This document shows positions 48,313 to 59,690 of a DNA stretch of 64,000 nucleotides, piece by piece. A program made the translations under genes and the position numbers. Below the pieces are notes generated by a model. The model did no database searches, was not told where the DNA came from, and saw nothing but the letters and a program-made list of their open reading frames with translations. This DNA comes from Podarcis muralis (Eukaryota): NCBI RefSeq assembly GCF_964188315.1, contig NC_135660.1, positions 5,084,001-5,148,000 of the forward strand. Direction: 5' to 3'. How positions within the stretch are numbered: the stretch's first letter is position 1; the number at the start of each line of letters is the position of its first letter.

Positions 48313-48594
48313 CAACTCCCTCCTCCTCTTAAGGCTTGGTTTCCAGGCTGCTAATGATGCCCAAAACTTTTTACTGTACAGCCTTGTCAGAGATTTAGAA
48401 ATCCATTATTAGGGTTGGTGTTTCTGATGGCCTTTGGAGTTTAAATGAATACCTTGAACTTCCGGCCTGTATTAGAGGACTTTACCCTTGATGTAATCAC
48501 ACTGAGGTTTTTGAGTTTGGAAAATAAAAAAGCCGAACTTCTTATAGGCAATACATGGTAAAGATGCTAATTCTAGGTAGCTAAGGTGGATGTG

Positions 48595-48949
48595 GGACAC
48601 GGGTGGCGCTGTGGGTAAAAGCCTCAGCGCCTAGGGCTTGCCGATCGAAAGGTCGGCGGTTCGAATCCCCGCGGCGGGGTGCGCTCCCGTTGCTCGGTCC
48701 CAGCGCCTGCCAACCTAGCAGTTCGAAAGCACCCCCGGGTGCAAGTAGATAAATAGGGACCACTTACAAGTGGGAAGGTAAACGGCGTTTCTGTGTGCTG
48801 CGCTGGCTCGCCAGATGCAGCTTGTCACGCTGGCCACGTGACCCGGAAGTGTCTTCGGACAGTGCTGGCCCCCGGCCTCTTAAGCGAGATGGGCGCACAA
48901 CCCCAGAGTCTGTCAAGACTGGCCCGTATGGGCGGGGTACCTTTACCTT
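48595..48949 (+). mobile_element. Sauria SINE (Squam1), full length
   Basis: tRNA head with B box GGTTCGAATCC; 13-bp TSD TAAGGTGGATGTG at 48582-48594 and 48950-48962. Confidence 0.96.
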
Positions 48950-49639
48950 TAAGGTGGATGTGCAAACAGCCATGCTTGCTCTTTGACTTTTGCAGGAGAG
49001 ACACAGAGGAAATACGTCTGCAAGGTGGAGCAAAGAAGGAGGGGAAAGCAGGAAGCGAGGTCAAGGGTGTAGCATCTGAGAAAAGATACACAGGTTAGGT
49101 CAGAGAAAGTCTAGGAAGCGTGGAGGTTCCTCCCTCCCTCCTTTCTCCTTTCTCTCCATGCAAACCCTGCAGCCTTCACTGCAACCTGAGTTTTCATGTC
49201 TGCACTTCCAGCCGTTTCCTTAGCGCTTGAATTTTGTGCTTTGTCTGTGGGAGGTGTTGCTTCTGTTGCTTTCAATTACCAGAAAGCTCATAATCCTACA
49301 GCCCCCATGAATTTTTGCTAATTGAGTAGACCTGGATTGCTTTGCAAGAGAAGGGGCTCACCCCCTCCAGTTCAAGCTTTACTGTTGGTTTGGGGCAGGG
49401 GGGGCTTATGTTCCCTTCAAAGATTGCCAGAGTGCTCAGAGGCAGGTGGGGCAGGATATCAAACCTAGAGAAAGCCTCTTAGGAATAATTCCAGCATGTT
49501 TCCAAAGCACTAAGTCTGAGTGATGCAATGAGACAGCAGGTATATTTGGAATGCTAGCTATATGGCTTTTTAGTTTAGAAAAAAGGAGATATTTGGGACA
49601 GAGGTGATTAGAGAGTGGAGCCTAGAATATAGCATTTGC

Positions 49640-50262
49640 AGATAGGGTCTATGTGTCTTAGCCCCATGTAAACCCCTCTTCTGCAAGATGAGTTGCTTCA
49701 TCTTGTTGGGAGCAAATTCTTTAGTTTAGTATGTGCTGTATGAAGAAGTACCTTCTTTCATCTGAACTGATTCCTAAATCTTCCAATGTGGTCCCAGGCT
49801 CTAGAATTTTTGAGTGATAGAGAAAAACCTCTGTCTATCCCACATCTCTGTCATGCCCCACCCACCCATTTCTAAACTAAAAAAGCCTGAAGCCTGTGTC
49901 ATTTTGGTTACCATTTTCTGAACCTTTTTACTGCACAACAAAATCTTTTTTTAAAAAAATAAATAACTAAAATAAAGTGAAAAAAATAAAAAAGGAACCA
50001 AAAAGTTCAGAAAAATACTATATATATATATATATATATATATTTGCTTTCGTAGATTTTCACGGGTACAGGAATGCAGGTTTTGGTGTCCTCGGGTGTC
50101 TTCCCGTGTAAAAGTTGGGGTGTCTAGGCGACGTTTCGACGAGGTCTCACTCGTCATCTTCAGCCGAAAGCACCAGCCTGAAGATGACGAGTGAGACCTC
50201 GTCGAAACGTCGCCTAGACACCCCAACTTTTACACGGGAAGACACCCGAGGACACCAAAACC

Positions 50263-50311
<49 letters not shown>

Positions 50312-50415
50312 TGAGCACAATGGCGCATGGTATTCCAAGTGCAGCCACACAATAGATTTGTATATTGGCAGTTCTGCTTTCGATCCCTTTTCCCAGTGAC
50401 CCCCAATATGGAAAC
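49640..50415 (-). mobile_element. Old CR1 fragment interrupted at about 49953-50308
   Basis: ATGAAGAAGTACCTTC...CATTTTGGTTACCATTTTCTGAACCTTTT, then after the insertion GTATTCCAAGTGCAGCCACACAATAGATTTGTAT. Confidence 0.6.
50044..50267. mobile_element. Two inverted Penelope-like termini (pseudo-LTRs) in a (TA)n microsatellite
   Basis: Perfect 90-bp arms at 50074-50163 and 50178-50267 with a 14-nt spacer; each arm contains CTGAAGATG...GAAACGTC, typical of PLE ends; (TA)n on both sides. Confidence 0.85.
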
Positions 50416-50562
50416 AGCACACAGCCTGAAGCAAAAGAGCCTGCAAGAGACAGGACGGGCCACCCATTACCTGAGGATTCAAAGTATTGGAAGCTGGTGA
50501 TTAAACGCTGGCGGGAGCACCTGCTCTCTAAGAAAATGAGAGGCACCCTGTTGGGTCAGATT

Positions 50563-50803
50563 AAGAAGAGTTTGGATTTGATATCCCGCTTTATCACTAC
50601 CCGAAGGAGTCTCAAAGCGGCTAACATTCTCCTTTCCCTTCCTCCCCCACAACAAACACTCTGTGAGGAGAGTGGGGCTGAGAGACTTCAGAGAAGTGTG
50701 ACTAGCCCAAGGTCAGCCAGCAGCTGCATGTGGAGGAGCAGGGAAGCGAACCCGGTTCACCAGATTACGAGTCTATCGCTCTTAACCACTACACCACACT
50801 GGC
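50563..50803 (-). mobile_element. tRNA-derived CORE-type SINE (Squam2-like)
   Basis: Highly similar to the copy at 16440-16690. Confidence 0.88.
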
Positions 50804-52845
50804 ACTAGATTAAGGTCTAGTGTCTTGTTTCCAGGTTGACGCTTCGAGGAAGCCCACAAGCGAGGCGTGGAGACAGTAGATCTTCACTGTTGTCTGGCCC
50901 CAGGACTTGGATTCAGGGGTACAGTGGCCCCCAATTTCACATGCACACTGATGGGATCCGAGTTGGCAGTGACTGACCACCAGGGAGCTGTCTTTGTGTT
51001 TGTGATGGGCACCTTGGTTAAAATACTGAGCCAGTATAGGCAGCTGCTGTGCAAAAGACCGGCTCCCAACCGGCCTGACGAGAGAAGCATCCTTCTGTGG
51101 AGCCCTGGTGCCCCATACTGATAGCATCTGACCCACTGACCTTAGTGGAACCAGCCTTGGGTAGCGGCTCCCCCCACCTTCTGCCCCACGTTGCAGACGT
51201 TGGAAGAGAAGCAGCCAAACCAAAGACACTCAAAGCCTTCCAAGCGCCGAGTGTCAAGTTTTGACTGTGAAAAGGCAAGATCAGCAAAACTGATTATGCT
51301 GGGCGGTTATTAAATTTTTACTGCAAGGGCCGACACTTTGCGCTGCTTCAGATGAGGGGAGCTGCCGTTTTTCTTAATCAGGCCAAGGCAAGGAGCGTTC
51401 CCTGGAAGCTGCACCTCGCTCTGTAGAGGCAGCCCAGGCACAGCCCTGAGGTTCCGGGAACAAATTGGAGAGCAGGGCTTAGATGGCAGGGCCTTGTTTT
51501 AGACAGCGCAAGCGAGCCCTGCTGCTCTGGCATGAACTGGCTGAGCAGAGATGAGCCTGTCTGCTTTTAATCCCAAGCAAATCTCTCTCAGCAAGCCGAG
51601 TTGCATCCAGACTTCCGGCGATCGTTGCAATCTATTCATTGCCTTACACAAAGGGTCTCGAGGTGACTTACGTTAGGCAACGTAAACAGTGGTTTTCCCA
51701 ATGATACACCCTTTCCCCTGCTTCGTACAAGTGCAAGGAAACTTTTGTCCCATTTGAGGGGAGGTGAATGGCTGCCATTTGGAAAACTTGGGGCTACAAA
51801 GGGGGGATTTCTATTACCCTTAGAAGATATTTCAAATTAGCCTGGTAGCCCTAGAATTCTGCAGCTGACAGCTGCTTGCACAGCCTGTTGGGTTCAGATA
51901 GCCTTGGGTTTTGGCCCCGGAAACAGCTAATGGTTAAACTTCAGATTCTTGTGCAGCTAAGTGCCACCCTCACCTTAACTGTGTGGTCTGCAAAATCATG
52001 GCATGTAGACATCCCTAGTCAGGTACATAAGCTGAGTTGTTCAGCCCTGGAGCTGTTGTTGAGATACGAAAAAGCAGTGCTCTTAAGATTTCACTTATCT
52101 TACAAGCCTTGTATGAAATCTCTAAGCTCAACCGCAGTGCTGCTTCTTTGCTGATTTGACGCTGTGTGTGTTGAGTTAGCAAGAGATTTCTGATTGATTG
52201 CACGCTCAACAAACAAACCATATTGGCAGCCTGTCAGCTTGCCTTAAGGGGAGGACTTGAATCCTTGAAGAAGAAAGGGAGGCTCCTTCTTCAGCCTTTA
52301 CTCAAAAGGTTGGCCGGGCTGAGCATGCAGCGTCTTGGCATCTTTGGACCTGATGAAAGCTTGGCCTCTTTTCTGCATGCCCCGTAAAGTCGAGTTTGTC
52401 CAGAAATCCTGCGCAGTCACTGTACAAATAAACCAACTCCACTTCCACCCCCTTCACCCTTGCCAAATGGCCCTCCTCCTCGCTTAACCCCTTCTTGCCC
52501 CTTCTTGCCTCCTGTGATCTCCCCCCCTCCCCCCCAATTAGGTGATTCTACATTCTTGCTATTCTAGAGATTGGGCTTCAGAACTCATTCATTTATTTCC
52601 ATTTATGAGTCATTTCCCATAAAATATATCAAAGTGATTTCAACATTTTTTCATTGCTCCCTCCCAGAATCGGCAAACCAAGAGCCAGGGGAACTGCATG
52701 CTACTTGTTTGCCTAACCAGCCTGCTCACGTTTCCCCCTTCAGGCTCCAGTTGACAACTGCAGTCTGAAGCGTGCAAAACACGGCGGCCTGGGAAGGCAA
52801 CCCAGAGGAAGTTTTGAACGTAAGGAGGGGTGATACAGACAGGAA

Positions 52846-53005
52846 GGCCTGTAGCTCAGCGGAAAAGCACATGGTTTTCATGGGAAAGGTTGGACTGAGA
52901 AACCTGGTTTCAAGGTTGGATTGAGAAATCTGGAGCTCTGGAGAGCTGCTGGTGGTCAGGGTGGACAATACTGAGCTAGATGGAGCAAAGGCCTGGCCTG
53001 GTGGA
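52846..53005 (+). mobile_element. Squam3-type SINE (old)
   Basis: GGCCTGTAGCTCAGCGGAAAAGCAC head; GACAATACTGAGCTAGATGGAGC core. Confidence 0.65.
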
Positions 53006-56000
53006 AGGCAGAAGGAGAAGAGAAGATCAGATTGTTAACACAAAACGGTGTCCAGGGGCCTTTTCGAATAAGAGTGTGGGAATGGGCTCTAATCTGTTGG
53101 ATTTCCCCCAGCACCCTGCTCCCTCCTCAAATCTGCTGCAGAAGGTTGTGAAAAACCTAGGACAGATTTCGGGGGCGCATGGGAGGGAGAGTTCCATCGC
53201 TTGGAGAGCACCCAACAGGTGGAATTTGCGGGGAAGCAGATTTCACCTAAATGTTAGGAGCAACTCTCTAGCAGAGGAATACGCTCCCTCGGCAGGTGAC
53301 GGCTGCTCTTCTGAGGCTGCGAGGCCACCTGTCGCGGATGCTGTTGTTTCAACCTACATTGCGGATCCTGTGCTTGGCAAGGCTGTGAACTCTATGAGCT
53401 CCCCAGATCACTCCCAACTTGGATTCCTCCTCAAAGATACGGAAGGAAGAGCCTGTCTATTGTCAGCCAGTGATGTTCCACCAACACTCCCCGCACGTCC
53501 CCCAGGATGCCTGATTCCAGCACCTTGTATGCCTAAGGCTGTTTTCGGACCCTTTCGTTTCCGGCCGTCCATCAGTCTCCAACATATCTCGCCTCTTCCA
53601 TTAAGGCACAAGCTCTTAGCTTCAGTGGCCCATCTGCAGTCTGGTTACAGTCCTGGCCACCCATGCAGAGTCCTGGTTGCAGAGCCGACTGGAATAACCT
53701 GAACACTCACAAGGTGCTCTATAATGCCAGGAAGTCTCTCTCCACCTGCATTTGCCCTTCGTCGCCCTACCCACCCCATATTTTAAATGATTCTTTCTTA
53801 GATCACACGGCACCATTGCACTCATTCACCATCCTTGGTAAATCTGCTGCCTTGTACCGAAAAAGCATCCCCTCCCCTATCAAAAGGGCGTGAGCTTGAA
53901 ACATGAAGCAGCTGGTTTTTGGGGGATTGTAAAGAGTGCACTCTGGACATCTTTGGAAAAGGGAAATGTATCAAGTGAGCCTGGGTCCCAGGGTGCTTCG
54001 GCACAAATCATCCACGTGCCCCATTTCCTCAGCAGCGAAGTGAGAATTCGGCACAGCCACTATATCCACAATATCCTATGGCAGCCGCTGAAGCTTGTGA
54101 CTAGAGGAGCTGCCAGGCTGGGGTGGGGGCCGCATGCACAGTGACCCTCCTGGCTCCTTTAGGAGAGCCTGGGGGATGTGGCGATGGTGGCCCAGCAAGC
54201 ATGGGGGTTGTGGTGCGCGTGTGCAATCGCCCCCACCCCTCGCTCTGGTTTTTGTGCAGAGCTTTCACACACTCACACTCACACCGCAGGTTCTGTTGGC
54301 AGGTTGCGCTCGAGATTTGGTACCGTCCCCTTCGCCGCTTGTTCACAGTTTTGGAGCGGCTTTGCCCGCTGGCTAAGCGAGGGCTTCTCGGAGCCAGGTT
54401 TTCGACATGCAAGAGTTGACTGGAAGATGCAAAACAGTTTCTCTTGCTGAAGTTGGCTGGGCCTTGCTAGTGCAGACACAGTGTGTACACAGCTCGCTTC
54501 CAGCGCCTCCCCCTGCCTCCTGCCTGCCCATTTTGAACCAGCTGTTTTGCGTGTCTTTCTCTCCGAGGGCACTGAGGGCACTAATCCGTATCAGATTAGA
54601 GCCTAATCCCGAGCTTGTGTTCTCCAAGGGCCCTGGACACCGGTTCAAGCTGATCTTTTCCTTCTTCTTCTTCTGCATGATCCTCGTTTTGTGCCTCTGT
54701 CAACAGTCCCTTCCCCCTGACAATCCCTTTTAATCTTTTGGGGTCACAGCACAGCTTTCCAGCGAGCCATTTTGCATCTCAAGCAAACCTCTGCTCGGTA
54801 GCTGCTCTCAATCTTTTGGGAATCGGCTCCAGGCGTCTCCCGAGTGCCATGGCATTTCAGCAGAGAGGTTCTGAACGGGGCTGGGGACGAGATATTCCAG
54901 CCATCAGTCCTAATGGATTCTCTGTTTGCATTTGCTGGGTGTTGTGTTGATATTAATGTGTTGCCTGCATTGCTGATAACATTATCTGCTCAGTGTTGCG
55001 CTGACGAAGCCCATGCGTATGGGAGAAGAGGCTGGGTGGAAAAAGATGGGTCAGTGACAATTGTACAGGGGGAAACGAATGGCTCAAGCAACAACTTGTC
55101 ACATGAAAACAGCTGCAGTGCCAAAGGTTGTGAGGGAAAGCCCAGACTATTTTTACACCTGCTCCTTTAACATACATTTGGGCCCTTTCCACACTTACTT
55201 TAGCCCTGCTTGTTCCATTCACAGATCCGCTCTTAAAAGCTCTCTGACCGAGTGGTGTTGTTGTTGGGTTTCCTTGCACCCGAGCTCTCCCTGCAAAAAC
55301 TCACTCTTCAGCGCTCAGTCAGCAAACGTCAATTCGAGTTTTCAGCGGATTGCTGTTTGCTCCAAGGAAGCTTTAAAGAGCGAGTTTTCATGGAGAAAGC
55401 TGTGGTGCAAAATAAAGGCGCTCCTAAGGCCCATTTCCCCCCATCTCCTGGTGTCTGGCTATTTATTTACATTTATATACCGCTGTATTGTAAAAAATAT
55501 ATCACATCTGCTTGCAACCATATACAAACATAAAATTTGCAGCCTCTGGTGGAATTCTAATACCTGCATATGGCAAACGTGATGGTGAGAGGTTGTCTAT
55601 GGCACTGTCTCTGCATTGCTTCTCCTTTCCCTGGATTTAGATGTTTTTGATAGACTCGGCACCAGTTTTGCCAGCCAGCCAGCCATGCTGTCTGTCCCTC
55701 CGGTGCCTGAAATTCCCTCTGTGCCTGAATTGCTGGGAGAGGGAAATCCTTGTGTGCTTTTTGCCTCCAAATTCAGCAAGTAGGGATTGAGGCAGGGAGA
55801 CAAGAACAGAGACTGGGGGAGGGAAAGAGGGGAACAGGCTGCCGAAGAGAAGACTGAAAAGGGGATCTGAAGGGGATGATGGTTGCAGGAGAAGAGTATG
55901 CCTGTTTGGGGCCACAGAGAGGGAAGGCTAACCGATGGAGATGCAGAGAGACCTGCGAGTAGGAAAGGAGGAAAGCAGGCAGCCGAAAGAGGGGTGTTCA

Positions 56001-56759
56001 GAGGGAGGAGAAGGTGCAGGAAGATGTTAAAAGAGGCTGGGCAAAGGCTCTGTTGAAACTGTAATGAGGATGCTTGCCCACAGCTCAGGCAGCAGTCAGG
56101 TTGATTGAAATGTAGAAGTGGCTCTCGAGTAGGTGTCTCCCCTCCCACACCCTCCGCACGGCTGCCTTTGACCCCAAATGCATTTAAGGAAGTGTGCCTT
56201 AATGGAGCTGCTATCATAAAGATCAAATGGCGTTGTTAACCTTCCTCCTCTGTGCTTTCGCCTAATGGGTCTCAGCGCTTCGCTGGGCTGCGCACTGCAG
56301 CCTGCCAGCAGCCTTCGCTTTCCATATTTTGCCTCTTCTTCTCCACCACCACCTGCTGATTGTTATGGGTTGTATTTGACTAATGCATCCCGTCAGTGCA
56401 AGCATGTCGGTTTGCAACAGGACTGCCCTCGCGCCTTGTGTCATCGCCAGATCTGCTCTAGAGGGTCCCAAGAACCACTAAAACAAGTGGGGAGGAGGAC
56501 ATTCCATTGCGTAAGCAGAAAACCTTGTGTTGACCAAATGTTCCCATAGCGCTACACTGGATACGGCCCCAAGTCCCTTGCATTAAATCTCCTGTGGCTA
56601 TTGAACTTCAGAGGAGAATTTGCACTCAGTTGCTGGCAACTGGGCAGCAGGAATCCTCTTTTGTGGTGCCTTTTGTTCCTAATGCTCTTGTGACCCTTCC
56701 CGATCCCTTCACTGTTCCAGGAAAGAGCTGTGGCTCCTTTTGTGGATATGGGGCAGTGC

Positions 56760-56965
56760 AGTGCTATTCAGGCAGTTTTATTCCAGCTGCACGGTCTGCT
56801 AATTTGCTGCAAGGAGCACAGAGAAAAGATGCCTTCATCTGCCCCGGCTGCAACAAAACATGTCTCTCCTGTATCGGCCTCTACAGCCACAGCAGGCACT
56901 GCAACCTTCCAACAGCTTGCCTTTACCCCCAAAGGCGCACTCCGAAGACAGACGGTTGCCAACCA
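56760..56965 (+). mobile_element. Old RTE-clade 3' fragment
   Basis: FICPGCNKTCLSCIGLYSHSRHC zinc knuckle in ORF 56594..57085; ends GACAGACGGTTGCCAAC. Confidence 0.75.
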
Positions 56966-57149
56966 ACCTACACAAAACCCTTAGCGCAACCTGGGTACCG
57001 CATACCCCAGAGAGCGCCTCTCTCTGACACTGCCACCCCAGCTCTGATCAAACATGGTTCAGAGCTCCAAGTCTGCCCAAAGTGAGGATTGCCGTGGCAC
57101 AGAGCAAGCAATTTCCATCCATTTCTTGTGGCTGCACCAGAGATCATGC

Positions 57150-57265
57150 CTCAGTGGCAGGGCGCATGCCCTTAAGCACAGAAGGTTCCCGGCATCTCCA
57201 GGTTAGGCTGGGATAAGCTCCTGCCCAAAGCCCACCGGAGCTGCTACCAGTCAGTGTAGAGCAGC
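57150..57265 (+). mobile_element. Squam3-type SINE fragment
   Basis: GGCATCTCCAGGTTAGGCTGGG...CCAGTCAGTGTAGA. Confidence 0.5.
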
Positions 57266-58453
57266 ATTCCCCAACCTTGTGCCCCCCAGAGGCAGTTGTG
57301 CTCCAACTCCCACCAGCCTCGACCAGTGTGGTCGATGGTCAGAGGCGGTGGTAGCTGGAGTCCGAGAAGAGCCCCAGGTTGACATAAGCATCCGTGAGCT
57401 AGATTGGCACAGGGTATAAGGTAGCGTCCTATGAGGATCTGTGATTCCACTCTGCTTATGGCCCTTCCCTGGTTGACACAAAGAGAGGTTGCAAAACATG
57501 CCCCTTCCATCTGGTCTTTTTAAAAAAGAAGCAAACGGGGACTGTTTCTAGTTTTGCAAGCTGTTCCGTTTTGTTCTCTGCTTTTTTCTTCGTTGGGTGG
57601 CCTTTGAGCACTAGAAAGGCACTGGCTAATAAAGGATTTGAATAATTCATCATAGTACGCTGGTTGGGTTTGCGTTCCTGTGGCAACAGAAGGAGGCAGG
57701 GAGATTCTTGTGCCTCATTCCTGCACTGAGGGGCCGAGTTGGACCCTCTGCGTAAAAAGTGTGCCACGTCAGCAGAAATAGAGGCTGTTCTCCTCTAAGT
57801 AACCCTTGTGTTCTCTGTGCCATTTTGAGGGTAACGAGCGGCGAACATTTTGGCCCAGACAGGATATTTAGCTGTCTAGGATAAGGTCTGTGGTGCTCCC
57901 AATGACACCCACTGGTTTTTGCATAGCCCTGTCTGGATTTTTCTGCATCCGCCTTCGCTTTCTTCCCGGAGTGGGGGAGACAGCTCTGTCACCCGAGTCT
58001 TGCTTGCTCTAGGCATCCTTTGCTGACAGAGGAGGGCATTACGCTCCTGCGTAGGAGTTCATTAGCAAGGGAAACCGTCAGCGCTCATCGCAAAATGCCT
58101 TCCTCATCAAGCTCTGGCGGCTCACGGCTCGAGGTGAGAGCTCAGGGAGCAATCTTGGGAAAGTTGCTCCCTTCCTGTCCTCCCTTCTCCAGCTCCACTA
58201 TGTTCATCCCTGGCGGCGCGAAGAGACAAATGGCCTTTCGGCAGCAGGGCTGGACCAGCCAGGCATGGACCATGCGGTAGCGGCGTTTTAATGGAAAGCT
58301 GCTGGCGACGCAGCAAAGCCGGGCGTGATTTTGTTTTTCAAAAGCCGGATTGTTGTAAAGAGCCAAAGAGACAAGCAGCCTCTTTGCTAAGCAAATCCTG
58401 ACACTCCTCCCCCAATCTGGGTCTGCCCATAACTGCCCTGAGACCTGCAGCTT

Positions 58454-58457
<4 letters not shown>

Positions 58458-58512
<55 letters not shown>

Positions 58513-59059
58513 TTTATTACGGCCATAGGCCCATATTCAATACATCATACAGCAAAACAGGTATAACAAGATAAAATTAATAAATTAAATTACGTTTAAA
58601 TCAAGTACATCTCAAACCGTAAGTTTCTAAATTCCATTAAAATAAGAACAATATAGCGCTTAAAATATCAAATTATCAGTATAAATCAATATTATTTAGG
58701 CAAAATCAATAATCATAGAGTAATCCATTTTTCCTTTTATAGGCTAATACTGTTATCAGAAATCTGGCAACAGAAAGGGACCTACTCGGATCAGAATCTT
58801 GCAATAAATGTATTAGCTGTGTTTCCAAGGAGTCACCTGAGATTTCCAATAATAAAGGGGACAAAAATCTGATCCGAGAAACTGAATGTAGTGAACAACA
58901 GAATAGTATATGTTGTAAAGATTCTATAGATCTATTATCACATACACACACCGCTGAGATCCGACCATTGGAAAATCTATTATTCAAGACATTGGAAGGA
59001 AAGGCGTTAAATCTTGCCTTAATAAAGGCATATTTGTGGGCCGCTACAGACAAAGAAGT
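58458..59059 (-). mobile_element. RTE-X-like LINE 3' fragment with (TATC)n tail
   Basis: Open 115-aa ORF ARFNAFPSNVL...CVCDNRSIESLQHILFCC (C-terminal zinc finger); perfect 14-bp TSD CCTGCAGCTTTAGA at 58444-58457 and 59060-59073. Confidence 0.8.
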
Positions 59060-59219
59060 CCTGCAGCTTTAGAGCGGTATACAAATTTTAATCATCATCA
59101 TCATCATCCCAGATCTGGCAGCGAGAGGCACCCTACTCCTGCAGCAAGGCTTTGTTTGTTCCTACCCCACTTTTCTTTATCAATAAATTAAAAGCGGCTT
59201 ACAAAAATACTAAAGCTAA

Positions 59220-59690
59220 ATATTGTTTATTAAATTTGCATACCCGTAGATCTCGGGGCGCTTCACAACATCAAATTACAATATATAAAACACACAAAAT
59301 ACATTATAAAAAGGAACAAAGACAACCCAATAACCCCACAACCCCACAACACATTTGGAAGGGCACCAGGTGTCCATCAGCCAAAGGCCTGATTAAAGAG
59401 GAACGTTTTCGCCTGGCGCCTGGAGGTGTATAATGAAGGCTGCGGCCTGGTTCTAGGGAACCGTCCACTAACATTGCTTCCGTCTTATCTGGATTGAGCT
59501 TCAGTTTGTTGGCTCTCATCCAGTCCATTTCTGAGGCAAGGCAATGGTATAGCACTTCCATTGCCTCACCTGCAGATCTGAGTGCCATTGCCATATTGCT
59601 GACACCACACTCCAAAAACTCTGGATGACCCCACTCAGCAGTTTCATGTAGATGTTAAATAGCATAGGGCAGTGGTTTTCAGCCGTGGCA
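59220..59690 (-). mobile_element. Internally deleted L2 (RT core fragment joined to the 3'UTR)
   Basis: Minus peptides PMLFNIYMKLL and WMRANKLKLNPDKTE (L2 RT), directly followed by L2 3' sequence. Confidence 0.8.

Noticed and set aside
49951-50546. Paired ORFs with identical N-termini on both strands (MGCLGDVSTRSHSSSS)
   Set aside because: A by-product of the DNA palindrome and (TA)n, not real proteins.
52980-53702. 240-aa plus-strand ORF
   Set aside because: Starts inside a Squam3 SINE and crosses a CR1 scrap (RWNLRGSRFHLNVRSNSL); a mosaic of repeats rather than a gene.
55597-56226. 209-aa minus-strand ORF
   Set aside because: Arises from purine-rich low-complexity sequence and gives a Ser/Leu/Pro-rich translation.
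11748-58510. CRISPR-like or satellite arrays
   Set aside because: The repeats are simple microsatellites, mostly retroelement tails ((AAT)n, (AAC)n, (TA)n, (GATA)n); there is no repeat-spacer structure and the DNA is eukaryotic.
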